A stretch of DNA of 64,000 nucleotides from the human T2T-CHM13v2.0 reference genome, Homo sapiens, in assembly GCF_009914755.1 (NCBI RefSeq), contig NC_060942.1, one strand, 5' to 3'. Numbering within the stretch: the stretch's first letter is position 1; the number at the start of each line of letters is the position of its first letter. The notes beneath the pieces are model-generated. The model did not search any database, was not told where the DNA came from, and saw only the letters and a list, made by a program, of their open reading frames with translations. This document shows, in pieces, positions 1 through 18,993 of this stretch. The position numbers were made by a program, and so were the translations under genes.

Positions 1-262
1 AGAGCTGAGGATACCTTGGAGGATCTCTTGGTCTGGAGTTCTCTTGATTGGCTTTTTAAATATTGTTATAGCTTGGTCCTTGAACAGTGAGCCAGGGATT
101 TTGTTTTGTTTTGTTTTCTTCCCCAGCCTGCAGTTGTTTCCATACTCTTATTTTTGGGTCTTTTAACTATATTTTAACAGGTACCTCATAGCCTATCATT
201 TTAAAATCATAGATCCTACCTCTCCCACATGCTCTTGCCCTCAACAGAATACCATCTCTCAT

Positions 263-560
<298 letters not shown>

Positions 561-672
561 CATCTCTCATTTTTAACCTATTGATGATAGCCTGTCTGGA
601 TTTTCCTGTTGTATTCATTGATTTGCTATGTCATTACCTCGAATCATTTTAAATGTTGTATAATTTGCGTAA

Positions 673-981
<309 letters not shown>

Positions 982-1065
982 CTTATTTTATTGCTTATAT
1001 ATCTTTTTCCATCTCATTTAACCATTTAAGAAAAAGAAATGGTGAGATTCTGAAATTCCAGGTAG

Positions 1066-1443
<378 letters not shown>

Positions 1444-2137
1444 AGGTTGACAGCAGTGTTTCACTTCACACAAGCAGAATTATTTGTGGTATTTCAGCTG
1501 CTTTGACCAAGCCTTTTAGAGTCATTCTGGTTAATTTTGAGCATGCCATGCACATAAGAAGGATAAATACAACTTTACTAAAGTATAGAGGGGGCAAAAT
1601 CATCACATTAATGTTACTGTGAACTTTCCCTTGCCTGTGAAAGACGATTATCCACTAACTGAACCAAGAAGAGTAATGGGAATGATGCAGAGTACTGTCC
1701 TCTTGCAAGGGAAGATGAGAATTTTGAAAGCGTGGCAGGGATAGGGTAAGGATAGGACAGATAGATTGGTTTACAAATGCAACCCAGCTACACTCAGAGG
1801 AGGGACGTTTTTGTCATAAGGGTCCTAATAATAGGCAAAGAAATGACTTAGGAAAGTGTCAAGCTGAGTTATATGTTAGAAATGTGTGGCCACCCATTGA
1901 GTCATCTGAAAATTTTGTTGTTCACATTAGCATTTTTTATAGTGCAGTGTTCTTTAGAGGAAATATTTTGAGGACCAAATGAACCCTCCTTCCCTTATGT
2001 ATATTTACAAGTCATTTGGGAAAAAAAGAGACCACCTGAGCAGGTAGTTGGAAATTATGTTCATTTTGATGTATCTCTCAGGGTGTGTCCATCGTGGTAG
2101 AAAAGTCCCATTTAATTTACTAACTCAATTAGCCTTA

Positions 2138-2471
<334 letters not shown>

Positions 2472-3495
2472 TGTTATTGTTAATACAGACTAAAACTGAC
2501 TTTCTATGGCACAGTTACCTTCAACTGATCACAACTTGAATCTCTTCGTCTATAGTTCATTGATGGTCTGGCTAATTGCAGTTTATCCTTATAACTGCTC
2601 AACGACGAGAGCATTGGCTTACATCGTAGTCTTTTTTGTTTTATAGACTTTTATTGCTTGGAGTGGTAGACATTGCTGTGGGGATACTTGGTCTACAGAG
2701 CCTCTCCTGATTTTTTAAAATGAATAAAATGGTATTACTGCAGCAACTTGTTAAGGTGATCAGGGCAGGTCTATTAGTCTATAAGACAGGACTTAGTCTA
2801 TTTTAGAGATACGGAAACTTGAAGGACAGGTAAGCGAAGTGACTTATTCAAAGTCACGTTGCTAGTAAGTAGAACTGTTCCTACCTACCCCACATACTGT
2901 TAAGCTGGTGCCCTTTCTCCTGTATGTCAAGTTGTGTGGACCTCACCTTTGTGCCTTCAACTATCTTGTCTGTGGTTATAAGTACAGTAGCTTTTGCCAA
3001 AAGGAATTTATATTCTGAGATCCTTTAGAAGCTTTCTGTAACAGAGATTTGAGGCACTTTCTATATATGCCTGTTTCACTTCCCAAATATCTATAACCTC
3101 TTATACTTTTCCTGTAACCTTTAAAATTTTGATTAGGTGCTCACTGGATGGCATCACTGTTGCCCAGCTGGATAAGTTGTGTGGGATTGGAGTGGGCAGA
3201 GCCTATGATGTCAAGGAATAATGCCCCATGGGGATTCACCCCTCCTCGGAAATCTGTATTTGGTCAGCAGATGGTCTCTACTGCTTCTCCCGAGGAGGAC
3301 TCACTGTCTCTGACCACCTTGTCTTCATTTCTAAGGCTTAAACATATCCTGAGGAGTACATCTAATTTTCTTTGCTGTAGTTATGTTATTTTATGATGGA
3401 GATTAGAGGAGCCTCCCTTCTGATGAGATCCAGGTCTTGACCTGATGGCATAGAGTTAATAGTACTGGCTCTTGTTCAAACTCTGATCCTGCTAC

Positions 3496-3797
<302 letters not shown>

Positions 3798-4842
3798 TGA
3801 TCCTGCTGCTTTTTAAACTAAATGGCCTTGGGCGCACACTCTGTGACTCAGTTTAATCTTTATCTTTGAAACAGGGGTAAGTTCTTACTGCACAGGGTAT
3901 TGGGAAGATTAAGCTAAATATTGTATCTTAAGCTCTTGGAAGAGTGCCTATCACAAAGAAGGCACTACTTAAATGTTAACTATTATTATTGTTACTTGGA
4001 AAAGGAAAACGCTAGAATAATAAAGCCTACTTGCTCTGAGGTGTGCACATGTGGTTTTTTGATTAATTTTTTTTATGTATGTAGGTCTTTCTTATTTCAG
4101 GCAGGATCTCAGTTTTAATAGCTGCTGTGTAGGTGGGTCACAGTTTCTTTGGATAGCCCAGCTGGTAGTTTTCTCATTTGGGAATCAAGCCATACCTTCT
4201 AAGTAGAGTGCTTTCCTGGTTCTTAACTCTTTGTGATAGAGCCCTGATGTGCCCAGGTTGCTCTGAGTAGAAGCACTTAAATCTCCCATTCTATTGCAGC
4301 TTATGGGACTGGGCAGTGGTGTAGCTAGTGGTAGCTTTTGTGGTCACCTATGCAGCTCACTGCCTAGTGGCCATATTAACATGTTGAATTTATGTTCTCA
4401 CGATAGACATTCCTAGTTCTACATAGCTCACACAGGACTGCCCTTGCTTGTAGCCTCGTTAATGTGGTTTCCTCCTCCTTGTTTCCAGCAGAAACAGCTT
4501 ACGGTCTAGAAGGAGGAAAGGAAGCCAATACAACTTGATGTTAAATCATTTTCTCTTAGTTGTCCAAAGGGAGTATTTAGTGGGATGCTTCATTTGAAAT
4601 GGAATTTGTCTTCTTCAAAGTGGTTGCCAAATGAAAGGATGCACTAGATGCAGAGGCCGCCTGGTGAGAAAGGAGGAGGTATAAGGTCGTCTTCTGGCCA
4701 TTCTTCCAGCAAGATGTTTTGAGGGTCCTCCCAAGTACTCAACGTGGGGTTATATCAGTGAACAAAATAGAAAAATCCTTTCCTTTATGGAGCTTACAAT
4801 CTAGAGACAAAGATAGAGAAAAAATAAGAAAATTCCATGGTA

Positions 4843-5023
4843 CAGTAGGCCCTTCTTACTGCGAGTTTCCCATTTTCAGATTCAACTAACCGGGGATCAA
4901 AACCTGCCAACACGGAGGGCTGAGTGTACTATGGCATTTTATGTCAGGGACTTGAGCATCCGTGGATTTTGATACCTGCTGGGGTCCAGGAGCTAATCCC
5001 CAGTGGATATGGAGCGCCGACCA
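4843..5023. mobile_element. MER2-like Tigger fragment
   Basis: tacagtaggccc...gattcaactaacc...agggacttgagcatccgtggattttg...ccccagtggata resembles MER2. Confidence 0.6.
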
Positions 5024-5039
5024 TATGTTGGTGATCACC

Positions 5040-5907
<868 letters not shown>

Positions 5908-6820
5908 AATGAAAAGTACAATGGAAAAAATAAAGAAGGGTTGCATTAGTTTCCTGTGGCTGCTGTAACATATTAGCAAACCCTTGGTGGCTTAAAACAA
6001 TAGAAATTTATGATCTCACGGTATATATTGCACATATAACTATTCATCCATCTAATATATGGAGGTGTGTGTGTATTGTATTAAAAATTGTTTTCATAAA
6101 TGGAATGTGTCATGCTGCAGTTTGCATTTGTATCAAGTCAGATTGATACATATGGATCTAGTTCCTTCATTTTAACTGCAGCTCTAAGCAGCTGGTTCTC
6201 TTTCTTTCCTGGTTTCAGAATATGTAAATCCCAGAGAAGTCCTCTGATTAACCTAGCTTGGGTCCCATGCTAGCACCTGTTGGATCAGTCTGTGGCTTCA
6301 GCAGATAGGACACTCAGATTGCTCAGACCTGGAGTGCATGCTTACCCACGAATCCAGAGCATCTGGGTACTTTGTTTGCAGTTCCCCTTAGGATCATGAG
6401 TTTGAAGGAGAAAGGATTTGGGGCAAAAAACACAGATTTCTACTGAGGCTTCAAGTTTGGGCTTGGATATTACATCCTCTGGGAATCCTTTTCTGACCCC
6501 TGGGATTCTGTTCTGTGTCCTTGCACTTCCTATTCTTGTAACAGTTATCATGTAGTATCTTAATTACCCTCTCCTCTTGATGTGTACTCATTCAGGGCAG
6601 AGACTGTGTCTGTCTTGTTTTCCTTTTGTGTCTCAGGAAATAAAAGGCCTGCCACACACCATTAAGTAGATTCTCAACACATATTTTTGAATGAATGATT
6701 CCACTAGCTAGCAGAGGTTTCAAACTCACTTTCTATAAACAGGTTCCCATCCACTTCCTATGAATGCCGTAGGAATCCTGTGTAGCGTGGTGCTTTTGCA
6801 CCTACTTTCAGGCCCATTAA

Positions 6821-7356
<536 letters not shown>

Positions 7357-7447
7357 ATCTAGCAGAACATATCTTAGGCAGATTTACTTCTGGATACTTT
7401 TAGCATCAGGAGAGTATGAATTTTAGTGGATATAAAATGTGAATGAA

Positions 7448-7597
7448 GCTGGGTATGGTGGCTCATGCCTGTAATCCAGCGCTTTGGGAGGCTGACGTGA
7501 GAGGATCAACCTAGCCTAGTAGTTTGAGACCATCCTGGGCAACATGGCAAGACCTTGCCCCTACTTTATTATCTAAAAATATTTTTTTTAATAAAAA
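7448..7597 (+). mobile_element. FLAM-type Alu monomer
   Basis: Single left arm with 15-bp TSD ataaaatgtgaatga at 7432 and 7598. Confidence 0.85.
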
Positions 7598-7659
7598 ATA
7601 AAATGTGAATGATTTGATTTGGAAATGGTAGTGTTAGTAGTAGTACTAGTAATAGTAAT

Positions 7660-7865
7660 AGCAGTTAACATTTATTGAGTGCTTTTTCTGTGCCAGGCAT
7701 GTAGAAGTAGGTACCATCTTTATACGTGTTATACAGATGAGAAAACTGGATCTTAGATCAGTGATCTATTCAAGTTATCTCAGCTCCTGAGTGGTGGTGC
7801 TGGGCTATGAATCTGGACACTGAACTCAGAACCATACACCTAAGGACTACGTTCTACTGCCTTGT
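7660..7865 (-). mobile_element. MIR SINE fragment
   Basis: aacatttattgagtgct...tgtgccaggc and the core motif acagatgagaaaactg. Confidence 0.6.
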
Positions 7866-8723
7866 GTAATTAGGAACAGAAACCTGGGGTTTGGTAAAAG
7901 AAAAAGAGATCAGACTGATCACAGAGAAGCAGTGAAGTTTCTGCCCTAAAGCTTTGGTAAAGATAAATAGGGAGAATTAACCAAAGTTTTAGAACTGTAC
8001 TCCCATTGCCTCTGTGAGGAGAGAAAACCAAGATGTGTGGAGGTGGGGCTGAAGCCATGTGCTTTAGCATAAATTGGCACTGTGTTACCTACAATATTGG
8101 GAAGAGCATTTGAGAAATACAGGGTGGTCAGTGCGTTTTCTGCTTCCCACATAAAAGTTGGTCTTTAGCCCTGAGATCCTGGCTGTGGGAGGAGTCATTT
8201 AACCAGGAAGGCATTGAACATCTGGATAAATATTTAGACATAAAATAAGTTTTACATAAAATACTTACATGAAGCAAAGCACAATGAATTTGTAAGCATT
8301 TCACTGAAACTGGGAGAGGCAGCCTGAAAAGTTTGTAGCAGACAGGCAATGGAATCTGATTCTACTGTACCATTAATTGAAGATGTGTACAAGGTCAGTG
8401 TAAAGGTCTTGTTCTTTTTCTTTATTTGTGCTATTTTAAATCAGTATATACAATGGCTTTTATATTTTCAGTTTAGATCTTAGTATCTGTCTCTTGACCG
8501 TGTATTTACTCGATAGCTCTGAATTCTCTTTCTGTCGGAGAGAATTATTCCTTATGTTTTCAGGAATAAAACTCCTGCATTGGAGGAGATTACTGATATC
8601 ACTAAACCTGATGGAATAATCTATGTTCTTTCCAGCCTGTCTCCTATGCTAGGTTACTGTACATACCCTCCAGGCAGGGACATTTTCCTGCTTTTATAAA
8701 GTACTTGGCTCAAATACTAAGTA

Positions 8724-9088
8724 CAGACATGCATCACTTAATGACAGGGATGTATCTTGAGAAATGTGTTGTTAGGCAGTTTCTTCATGGTGCAAACATC
8801 AGTGTGTACTTACACAAACCTAGATGGTGTTAGCCAACTACACACCTAGGCTATTGCTCCTAGGTTACAAACCTGTGTAGCATGTTACTGTACCGAATAC
8901 TGTGGGCAGTTGTAACAAAATGGTAAATATTTGTGTATCTAAACATAGAAGGCAGTGTGTTGTGCTATGACATTATGATAGCTGCCATATCACTAGGTGA
9001 TAGGACTTTTTCAGCTTCTTTATAATCTTGTGGGACTGCTGTGTGTGGTACGTTATTGACTGAAAGGTTGGTATGCGGCACATGACTG
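8724..9088. mobile_element. Tigger3/MER7 (Golem) non-autonomous DNA transposon
   Basis: Terminal inverted repeats cagacatgcatcacttaatgac ... gtatgcggcacatgactg, TA on the left flank, Tigger3-like interior. Confidence 0.8.
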
Positions 9089-9231
9089 AATACTCTGTTG
9101 GTTTATATTTGGACTAACAGTGCTACTTTCATAGAATATCTGTTCCAAATTGGGATTATCTTATTTCTATCCATAGAAAGTAGTTATAGGATAAGTGGAT
9201 GGTATTAAAATTAAGTTTTATCCCCCTTTAG

Positions 9232-9398
9232 GTTGCATCCCAGCGCATTAGCTCAGTGGACCTCTCGTGTTGTAGCCTGGAACATCTGCCTGCCAACCTC
9301 TTCTACAGCCAAGACCTCACTCATCTCAATTTAAAACAAAACTTCCTAAGGCAGAACCCTAGCCTTCCAGCTGCCAGGGGGCTTAATGAACTGCAAAG
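9232..9398 (+). CDS. PHLPP1: PHLPP1 coding exon (probably exon 4), 167 nt, start of LRR region
   Basis: tttag|GTTGCA acceptor and CAAAG|gtaagc donor. Translates [55 protein letters not shown](R). Phase 0 to 2; joins the next exon as AG+G=Arg. Confidence 0.95.
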
Positions 9399-9907
9399 GT
9401 AAGCCTGCAGAAATGGGTAGATCATTAGGAAGGGGTGGGGGCAGAATGAACTTCTGCTTGTTATCTCTTGAATATTCTCATGAAAAAAGCTAGTGTGTAA
9501 ACTTTCTCCTTCAGATAACAGGGTAATAGGACTTTGTTTATTAGTGAAGACATTACCAATTCTCAATCTGAAATTTTTTTTAAGGTTCTTGCTTTTGAAA
9601 CTAATGATTTATGATATTTATTAACTGGATAGAGTTGTGTAAGAACAATTCTCCTTAAACAACTTTTATTCCTATCTAAAAATGCATGTGCAAAAAATTA
9701 ATAACATTTGGTGTGTTACTTCTGAACTTCAGGTGTTTGTTCAGATTAAATTGTTTCTTTTGAAATTTATGAAAGGTCATTTTTTCCCATAAAAAGATAT
9801 TTCCTTAGAAATTTAAGAACCAGCGTTTAAATCAACTTACATCATGTCATCTGGGTGATTAGTGTGTGGGTTTCAGGAGTCACATGTTAAATAAATAGAA
9901 CCTGCTC

Positions 9908-10261
<354 letters not shown>

Positions 10262-10479
10262 TAAGAATTTACCACATTCACTTCCTTTCCTCTTTGGAGC
10301 AGTGATCAGTCTTCATTCTGTGGTAAATTAAACCTTTGATACTTATATATTTGTTGCAAATATGTAAGACTATGTAACTGCAAAGAATATAACTTTTAAA
10401 TAAATAATTGCTAGTTCATTTGTTTTTACATGACTGATATGATCAGGAATTAAAATGTGATAACCATTGTGATTCTGTT

Positions 10480-11790
<1,311 letters not shown>

Positions 11791-11846
11791 TTCCTGATTG
11801 TCCCCTGTAGCTGACGTGTACTATGAAAGTTATCACTGTGGTATTC

Positions 11847-12758
11847 TTTTTTTTTTTTTTTAATTGAAAGCAAGTTTATTAAGAAAGTAAAGGAATAAAG
11901 AATGGCTTACTCCATAGGCAAAGCAGCCCTAAGGGCTGCTGGTTGGCTACTTTTATGGTTCTCTCTCTCTCTCTCTCTTTTCTCTCTCTCTTCTTTTCTT
12001 TCTTCTTTTCTTTCTTTCTTTTTTTAGACACTGTTTTGCTGTCACCCAGGCTGGAGTGCAGTGGTGGCTCACAGCAACCTTCGCCTCCCGTGCTCAAGTG
12101 ATCCTCCTGCCTCAGCCTCCCAAATAGCTGGGATTACAGGCATGCACCACCACCACGCACAGCTAGAATTTATATTTTTAGTAGAGATGGGGTTTCACCA
12201 TGTTGCCAGGCTGGTCTTGAACTCTTGGACTCAAGTGATCCACCCACCTCGGCCTCCCAAAGTGCTGGGATTACAGGCATGAGCCACCAGGCCCAGCCTA
12301 TGGTTATTTCTTGATTATATGCTAAATATAATCAGTGGGGTAGATTATTTATGAGTGTTCTGGGAAAGGGGTAGCCAAGTCCCAGAACTAAGGGTCCCTC
12401 CCCTTTTTAGACCATATAGAGTAACTTTCTGATATTGCCATGGGATTTGTAAACTCATGGTGCTGGTGGGAGTGTCTCTTAGCATGCTAATGCATTATAA
12501 TCAGCATACAATGAGCCGTGAGACAGCCAGAGGTCAACTTTTCATCACCATTTTGGTTTTGGTGGCTTTTGGCCAGCTTCTTTACCGCATCCTGTTTTAT
12601 CAGCAAGATCTTTGTGACCTGTATCTTGTGCTGACCTCCTATTTCATCCTGTGAGTAAGAATGCCTAACCTCCTGGGAATGCAGCCCAGTAGGGGTAAAC
12701 CTTATTTTACCCAGCCCCTATTCAAGATGGAGTCACTCAGGTTCGAATGCCTCTGACA
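11847..12758 (-). mobile_element. MER41B-type ERV1 LTR (U3-R only, ending in poly(A)), split by an Alu at 11961-12298
   Basis: Minus strand starts TGTCAGAGGCATTCGAACC...CTCCATCTTGAATAGGGGCTGGGTAAAATAAGG at 12758. Retains the GAS-bearing segment typical of MER41B. Ends AATAAACTTGCTTTCAATT followed by A15. Confidence 0.85.
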
Positions 12759-13800
<1,042 letters not shown>

Positions 13801-13839
13801 GGTTTTATATGCTCTATGTATTGTTACTAATTTTGGACT

Positions 13840-14139
13840 GGCTGGATGCAATGGCTCAGTCCTATAATCCCAACACTTTGGGAAACTGAGGCAGGAAGCT
13901 GGCTTGAGACCAGGAGTTTGAAACCAGCCTGTCAATGTCATGAGACCCCATCTCTATAAAGAAAAATTTAAAAATTAGCTGGGTATAGTAGCACATGCTT
14001 GTAGTCTCAGCTACTGGGGAGGCTGAGGCATGAGGATTGCTTGATCCCAGTAGTTTGAGGCTGCGGTGAGCCATGATTACACTATTGCACTCCAGCCTAG
14101 GCAACAGAGGGAAAACCTGTCTCAAAAATAAAATAAAAA
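13840..14139 (+). mobile_element. AluJ
   Basis: Full dimer with J-type gaggctgcggtgagccatgatt. Confidence 0.88.
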
Positions 14140-14425
14140 GTTGTACTGGCACTACAACAGTAAAGTTAATATGCTTTTTTTTTTCTTTTTGGCTGAAAGG
14201 TTATAATCATTATTATCATTTTGTTTGTTTGTTTCTGGAGCTACCCATCATGAACTATCATCAATCAGTGTGTTCTGAGGTTTGAAATTATTGGGAAGTA
14301 TTTTTGCATATTTCACAGAAGTGTAGACTTTTGCACTTCTATCATAGAACATCAAAGGCTTTCTATCATACTGCCAAATCCTGATGTCTTAGAACAGAAT
14401 GGTGCGTTAGAATTCATCCAGACTA

Positions 14426-14844
14426 TCAACCCAAATGCCCATCAATGATAGGCTGGATAAAGAAATGTGGTACTTAATATACCATGGAATACTATGCAGC
14501 CATAAAAAGTGAGATTATGTCCTTTTCAGGGACATGGATGGAGCTGGAGGCTGTTATCCTTAGCAAATTAAGGCAGGAACAGAAAACCAAATACTGCATG
14601 TTCTTACTTATAAGTGGGTGTCAAGTGATGAGAATACATGGACACATAGAGGGGAACAACACACAGTGGGGCCTATTGGAGGCTGGAGGGCAGGAAGAAG
14701 GAGAGGATTAGGAAAAATAACTAACAGATACTAGGCGTAGTACCTGGGTGATGAAATATATGTGCAACAAACCCTCATGACACACGTTTACCTGTGTAAC
14801 AAACCTGCTCATGTAGCTTTGAACTTAAAATAAAAGTTAAAAAA
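14426..14844 (+). mobile_element. 5'-truncated old L1PA (about L1PA15/16) 3' end
   Basis: MEYYAAIK...ELEAVILSKLRQEQKTKY ORF2 tail, 3'UTR and A tail. TSD aattcatcca at 14411 and 14845. Confidence 0.8.
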
Positions 14845-15026
14845 AATTCATCCAACCTAATGCTCTCTTTTAAAGTTGGGGTCTATGGGGATGTTAACTG
14901 CCAAATTCAGTTTAATGGTTACCTTTTAGGGAGACGGGGGATGGGGATTAGTGAATGGTTTGAACAAGGTTTCAACTATATCTGTAACGTTTATTTCTTT
15001 AAAAAGAAAAATGAGAGGCCAAAACG

Positions 15027-15358
<332 letters not shown>

Positions 15359-16615
15359 TAAAACGCTGTATAGTTAATGCCGATGAATGTTACAGTTTTC
15401 TGCATTTTTTAAATTTGAGTATTTCATAATAATCCAAACATTTTAAACCTAAATAAAAAGAAAATTAAAATGCTCCCAAAGAGCCAGTATTTGTGGAATA
15501 AATATCCAGGTGGAGGGATATTTTGGGCATGACCCACTTCAGGAGGATTCAGATTCTGTCTTGCCTTTTAGTTCTTACAGAGTCACCGACTTGATCCCCC
15601 ATGTCTGTTGATTCTGTGTGATATCTTTTGAGCTCATCCTCTTTTCTCCTCTGCTCCCATCCCTCTACTGCACACACCCTCTCTCCCCAGCTGTTATAGT
15701 AAAAGTACTTCTCAACCCTCACCTGGTCTGTTGCGCTACCTTTGAGAGCTGATTGTCTTGTTGTCATTTTCCCTCTGCAGGTTAGCCCTATTTTTGTTGC
15801 CCACTGTTTTTTACATTTCTTGGTTTTGTTTTATTTTGTATTTTTAAAAATTTAAGCCTTTTTCCTTCATCAAAGTAACACCCTATATAGATTTTTAAAG
15901 ATCTTAATAAGCAGTGAAGTTTACAATAAGAAGTAGGTGCCTGAAGCTCCAGCCCATCCCTACATCCAAGTCCTGCTCCCTAGACAACCCTTTTGAATCT
16001 TTTGGCTCTTTCTGCCGTTTTCCTTTCTCTTTCTAAATATTATGTGTATACTGCTATGTTTTGATTTTTTCATTATTGGACATTATATGTTGACTCATTA
16101 CTATGGAAGATAAGGATTTCATTCATTTACATTGTCTCACGCCCCATCTACCCCACACCACATGTACTAACTTCTCTTTCCCCTATCCTCTCAATATATA
16201 GGTGTTAATTTTTGGTTAAGTCAGTACTCACTGTTTACGTTATTATGAACCTGGAACTTATTCACAGCTAAGGGATTTAATTGCAGTGATTATATTTCCT
16301 TTCTTGTGCTGGCTTGATAGCAGCCTCACTTTATCACTTGTATACTTTTCTTTTTCCCCTGGTATTTGTAAGCTTTCTGACGGAATTCTTATATTCCTCT
16401 CAGCACCTTTTTCTTGGAGACTTTTTTCTTCCTGGAGCCAGGGTATGTGCTTGTTCTTCTGGCCTGCTACACAGCAAAGACAGTGTGTGGACCTTTTCCT
16501 CAGGGGGTGTCAGTTTACTAGAGAAACCCTTTGGTATTCTGCCACGGCGATGCATGCCAAGATTTAGGGTAATGAGTGGAAAAGAGAGGAAGAATCTCAA
16601 GGTTTAGTATGTGGA

Positions 16616-16907
16616 TTTTTTTTTTTTTAGATGGAGTCTGGCTCTGTTGTCCAGGCTGGAGCGCAGTGGGGCGATCTCGGCTCACTGCAAGCTCCGCCTC
16701 CCAGATTCACGCCATTCTCCTGCCTCAGCCTCCTGAGTAGCTGGGATTACAGGCGCCCACCACCACGCCCGGCTAATTTTTCTATTTTTAGTGGAGACAA
16801 GGTTTCACTGTTTTAGCCAGGATGGTCTCGATCTTCTGACCTTGTGATCCTCCCGCGTCAGCCTCCCAAAGTGCTGGGATTACAAGCGTGAGCCACTGTG
16901 CCCGGCC
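16616..16907 (-). mobile_element. AluY
   Basis: gcaagctccgcc and ttcacgccatt diagnostics; TSD tatgtggatttt. Confidence 0.92.
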
Positions 16908-17170
16908 ATATGTGGATTTTTATTTAACTTCCCTGTTTTCAGAACAGTGTTTTCTGTTATGCTTGATAACTTTTTTCTTTTCAATTTATGAGAGATATTT
17001 TGACACTTAAGTAATTACAAAGAATTAAACAATACTACAGATTATACCGTCATCCTTTGACAATCATGTCTTATTCATTTTAACTTCCATAAGCCAGTTT
17101 CTATAGCATTGCATGTGTACCAAATCAATAAGGGATAACTTCAGACTATTTTAGATGAAAATTGTATCTT

Positions 17171-17446
<276 letters not shown>

Positions 17447-18139
17447 TTAAAATTGTATATGTAAACATTAACATTAAATGTACAAATTTAGTTAATACTT
17501 TGTTTTCAGTGACATTTATTTTCTCTAATTTCCCAAACCTATCATTGATCAGAAAAATAATTGCAAAGAACACATGTCTGATAAGACAGTATTACTGAGC
17601 CATGTGGTATGAAAGGAGATAAAGGAGTCTTTGATGCTACCCAGATGGACTTCTGGAATTATCTTTTTAGAGATCATATGTTCAATAATCAGCATCTCAG
17701 AAAATGAGTATATTACACTGAGACTGAAATATTTTGAATATAAAAGTAAACCAAGTCACTGGACATGAGCCATCTTTCAGCTGTTGTTTAAAATCTCAAG
17801 ATGAAGAAGAATCATTGAGAATACTCAAGCTGTATGTATAACTAAATAAGAAATTAACTCAGTGGTTTTCATTCTCTTATTGCTCTATAGTTTGACAAAC
17901 TATTCTCTCTTTTCCAAATTACCTCCCTGATGCTTTGACAGACTATTCTCTTTCTTCCAAATTACCTCCCTGGGTCAAATGAAGGGCCGAAGAAAGCAGT
18001 TTCCCTGTTTGTCATGCTGTGATGTAGTATGCCTGATGTCTTTGAATCAGGGACTCTGGTTCGTTTTCTTCCAGGGAATAAACTGTCCTCTGCTGGAATT
18101 GGGGAGAGGATCTGGGGTCTTACTCCTCCTTCTGTAACC

Positions 18140-18420
18140 TTTTGAAAATTTGTAGAAGTATAAAAAAACATAGAAAAGGCAGATATGAGTGTATAACTTG
18201 ATGGATTTCCACAAAGTGAACACATCCATGTAACCAGTACACATATGAGGAAGAGAATATTGCCAGCACTCCAGAAGCTGTCCTTGTACCCTTCTCTTTA
18301 TTACCCTAAACATCATCACTATCCTGACTTAGAACATCATGAAGTAGTTTCACTTGTCTTTGTACTTGATCTAAATGGAGCACACAATATGTGTTTGAGT
18401 CCAGCTTCTTTCACTGACTT
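18140..18420 (-). mobile_element. Old L1ME-type 3'UTR fragment
   Basis: gtgtataacttgatggatttccacaaagtgaacacatccatgtaaccag...agaatattgccagcactccagaag is characteristic of L1ME antisense ends. Confidence 0.55.
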
Positions 18421-18693
18421 TTCTTTTAAAAAAGCAAAACAAAGCATACCAAGTGACATATTATCAGCTTGTACTTTGTACTGTGTAATATAAGGCAGTG
18501 ATTTTGATTTGTTTAAGGTAGAGAATTTTAAAATTTTACACTGCAATAAAAGATTTCTGTTTTGTTCTTTCTGTTGCTTTAAGCATGGGGAAGATAGGCC
18601 TAGGGGACTTCCTATGTGGTATCGGAGTAACTGGTGAAGCTGCTGTTTTGCTGCTCTTTGTAAAAAACTAGGCTTTATACCAGTTTCTCTTTC

Positions 18694-18993
18694 TTTTTAT
18701 TTTAAGACGGGCTCTTGCTCTGTCGCCCAGGCTGGAGTGCAGTGGCACGATCTCGCCTCGGCTTACTGCAACCTCTGCCTCCCGGGTTCAAGCGATTCTT
18801 CTGCCTCAGCCTCCCGAATGGATGGGACTACAGGTGCGCGCCAACACGCCTGGCTAATTTTTGTATTTTTAGTAGAGACGGAGGGGGGTCTCACCATATT
18901 GGCCAGGCTGGTCTCGAACTCCTGACCTTGTGATCTGCCAGCCTCGGTCTCCCACAATGCTGGAATTACAGGTGTGAGCCACTGTGCCCGGCC
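18694..18993 (-). mobile_element. AluS
   Basis: TSD accagtttctctttc. Confidence 0.92.
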
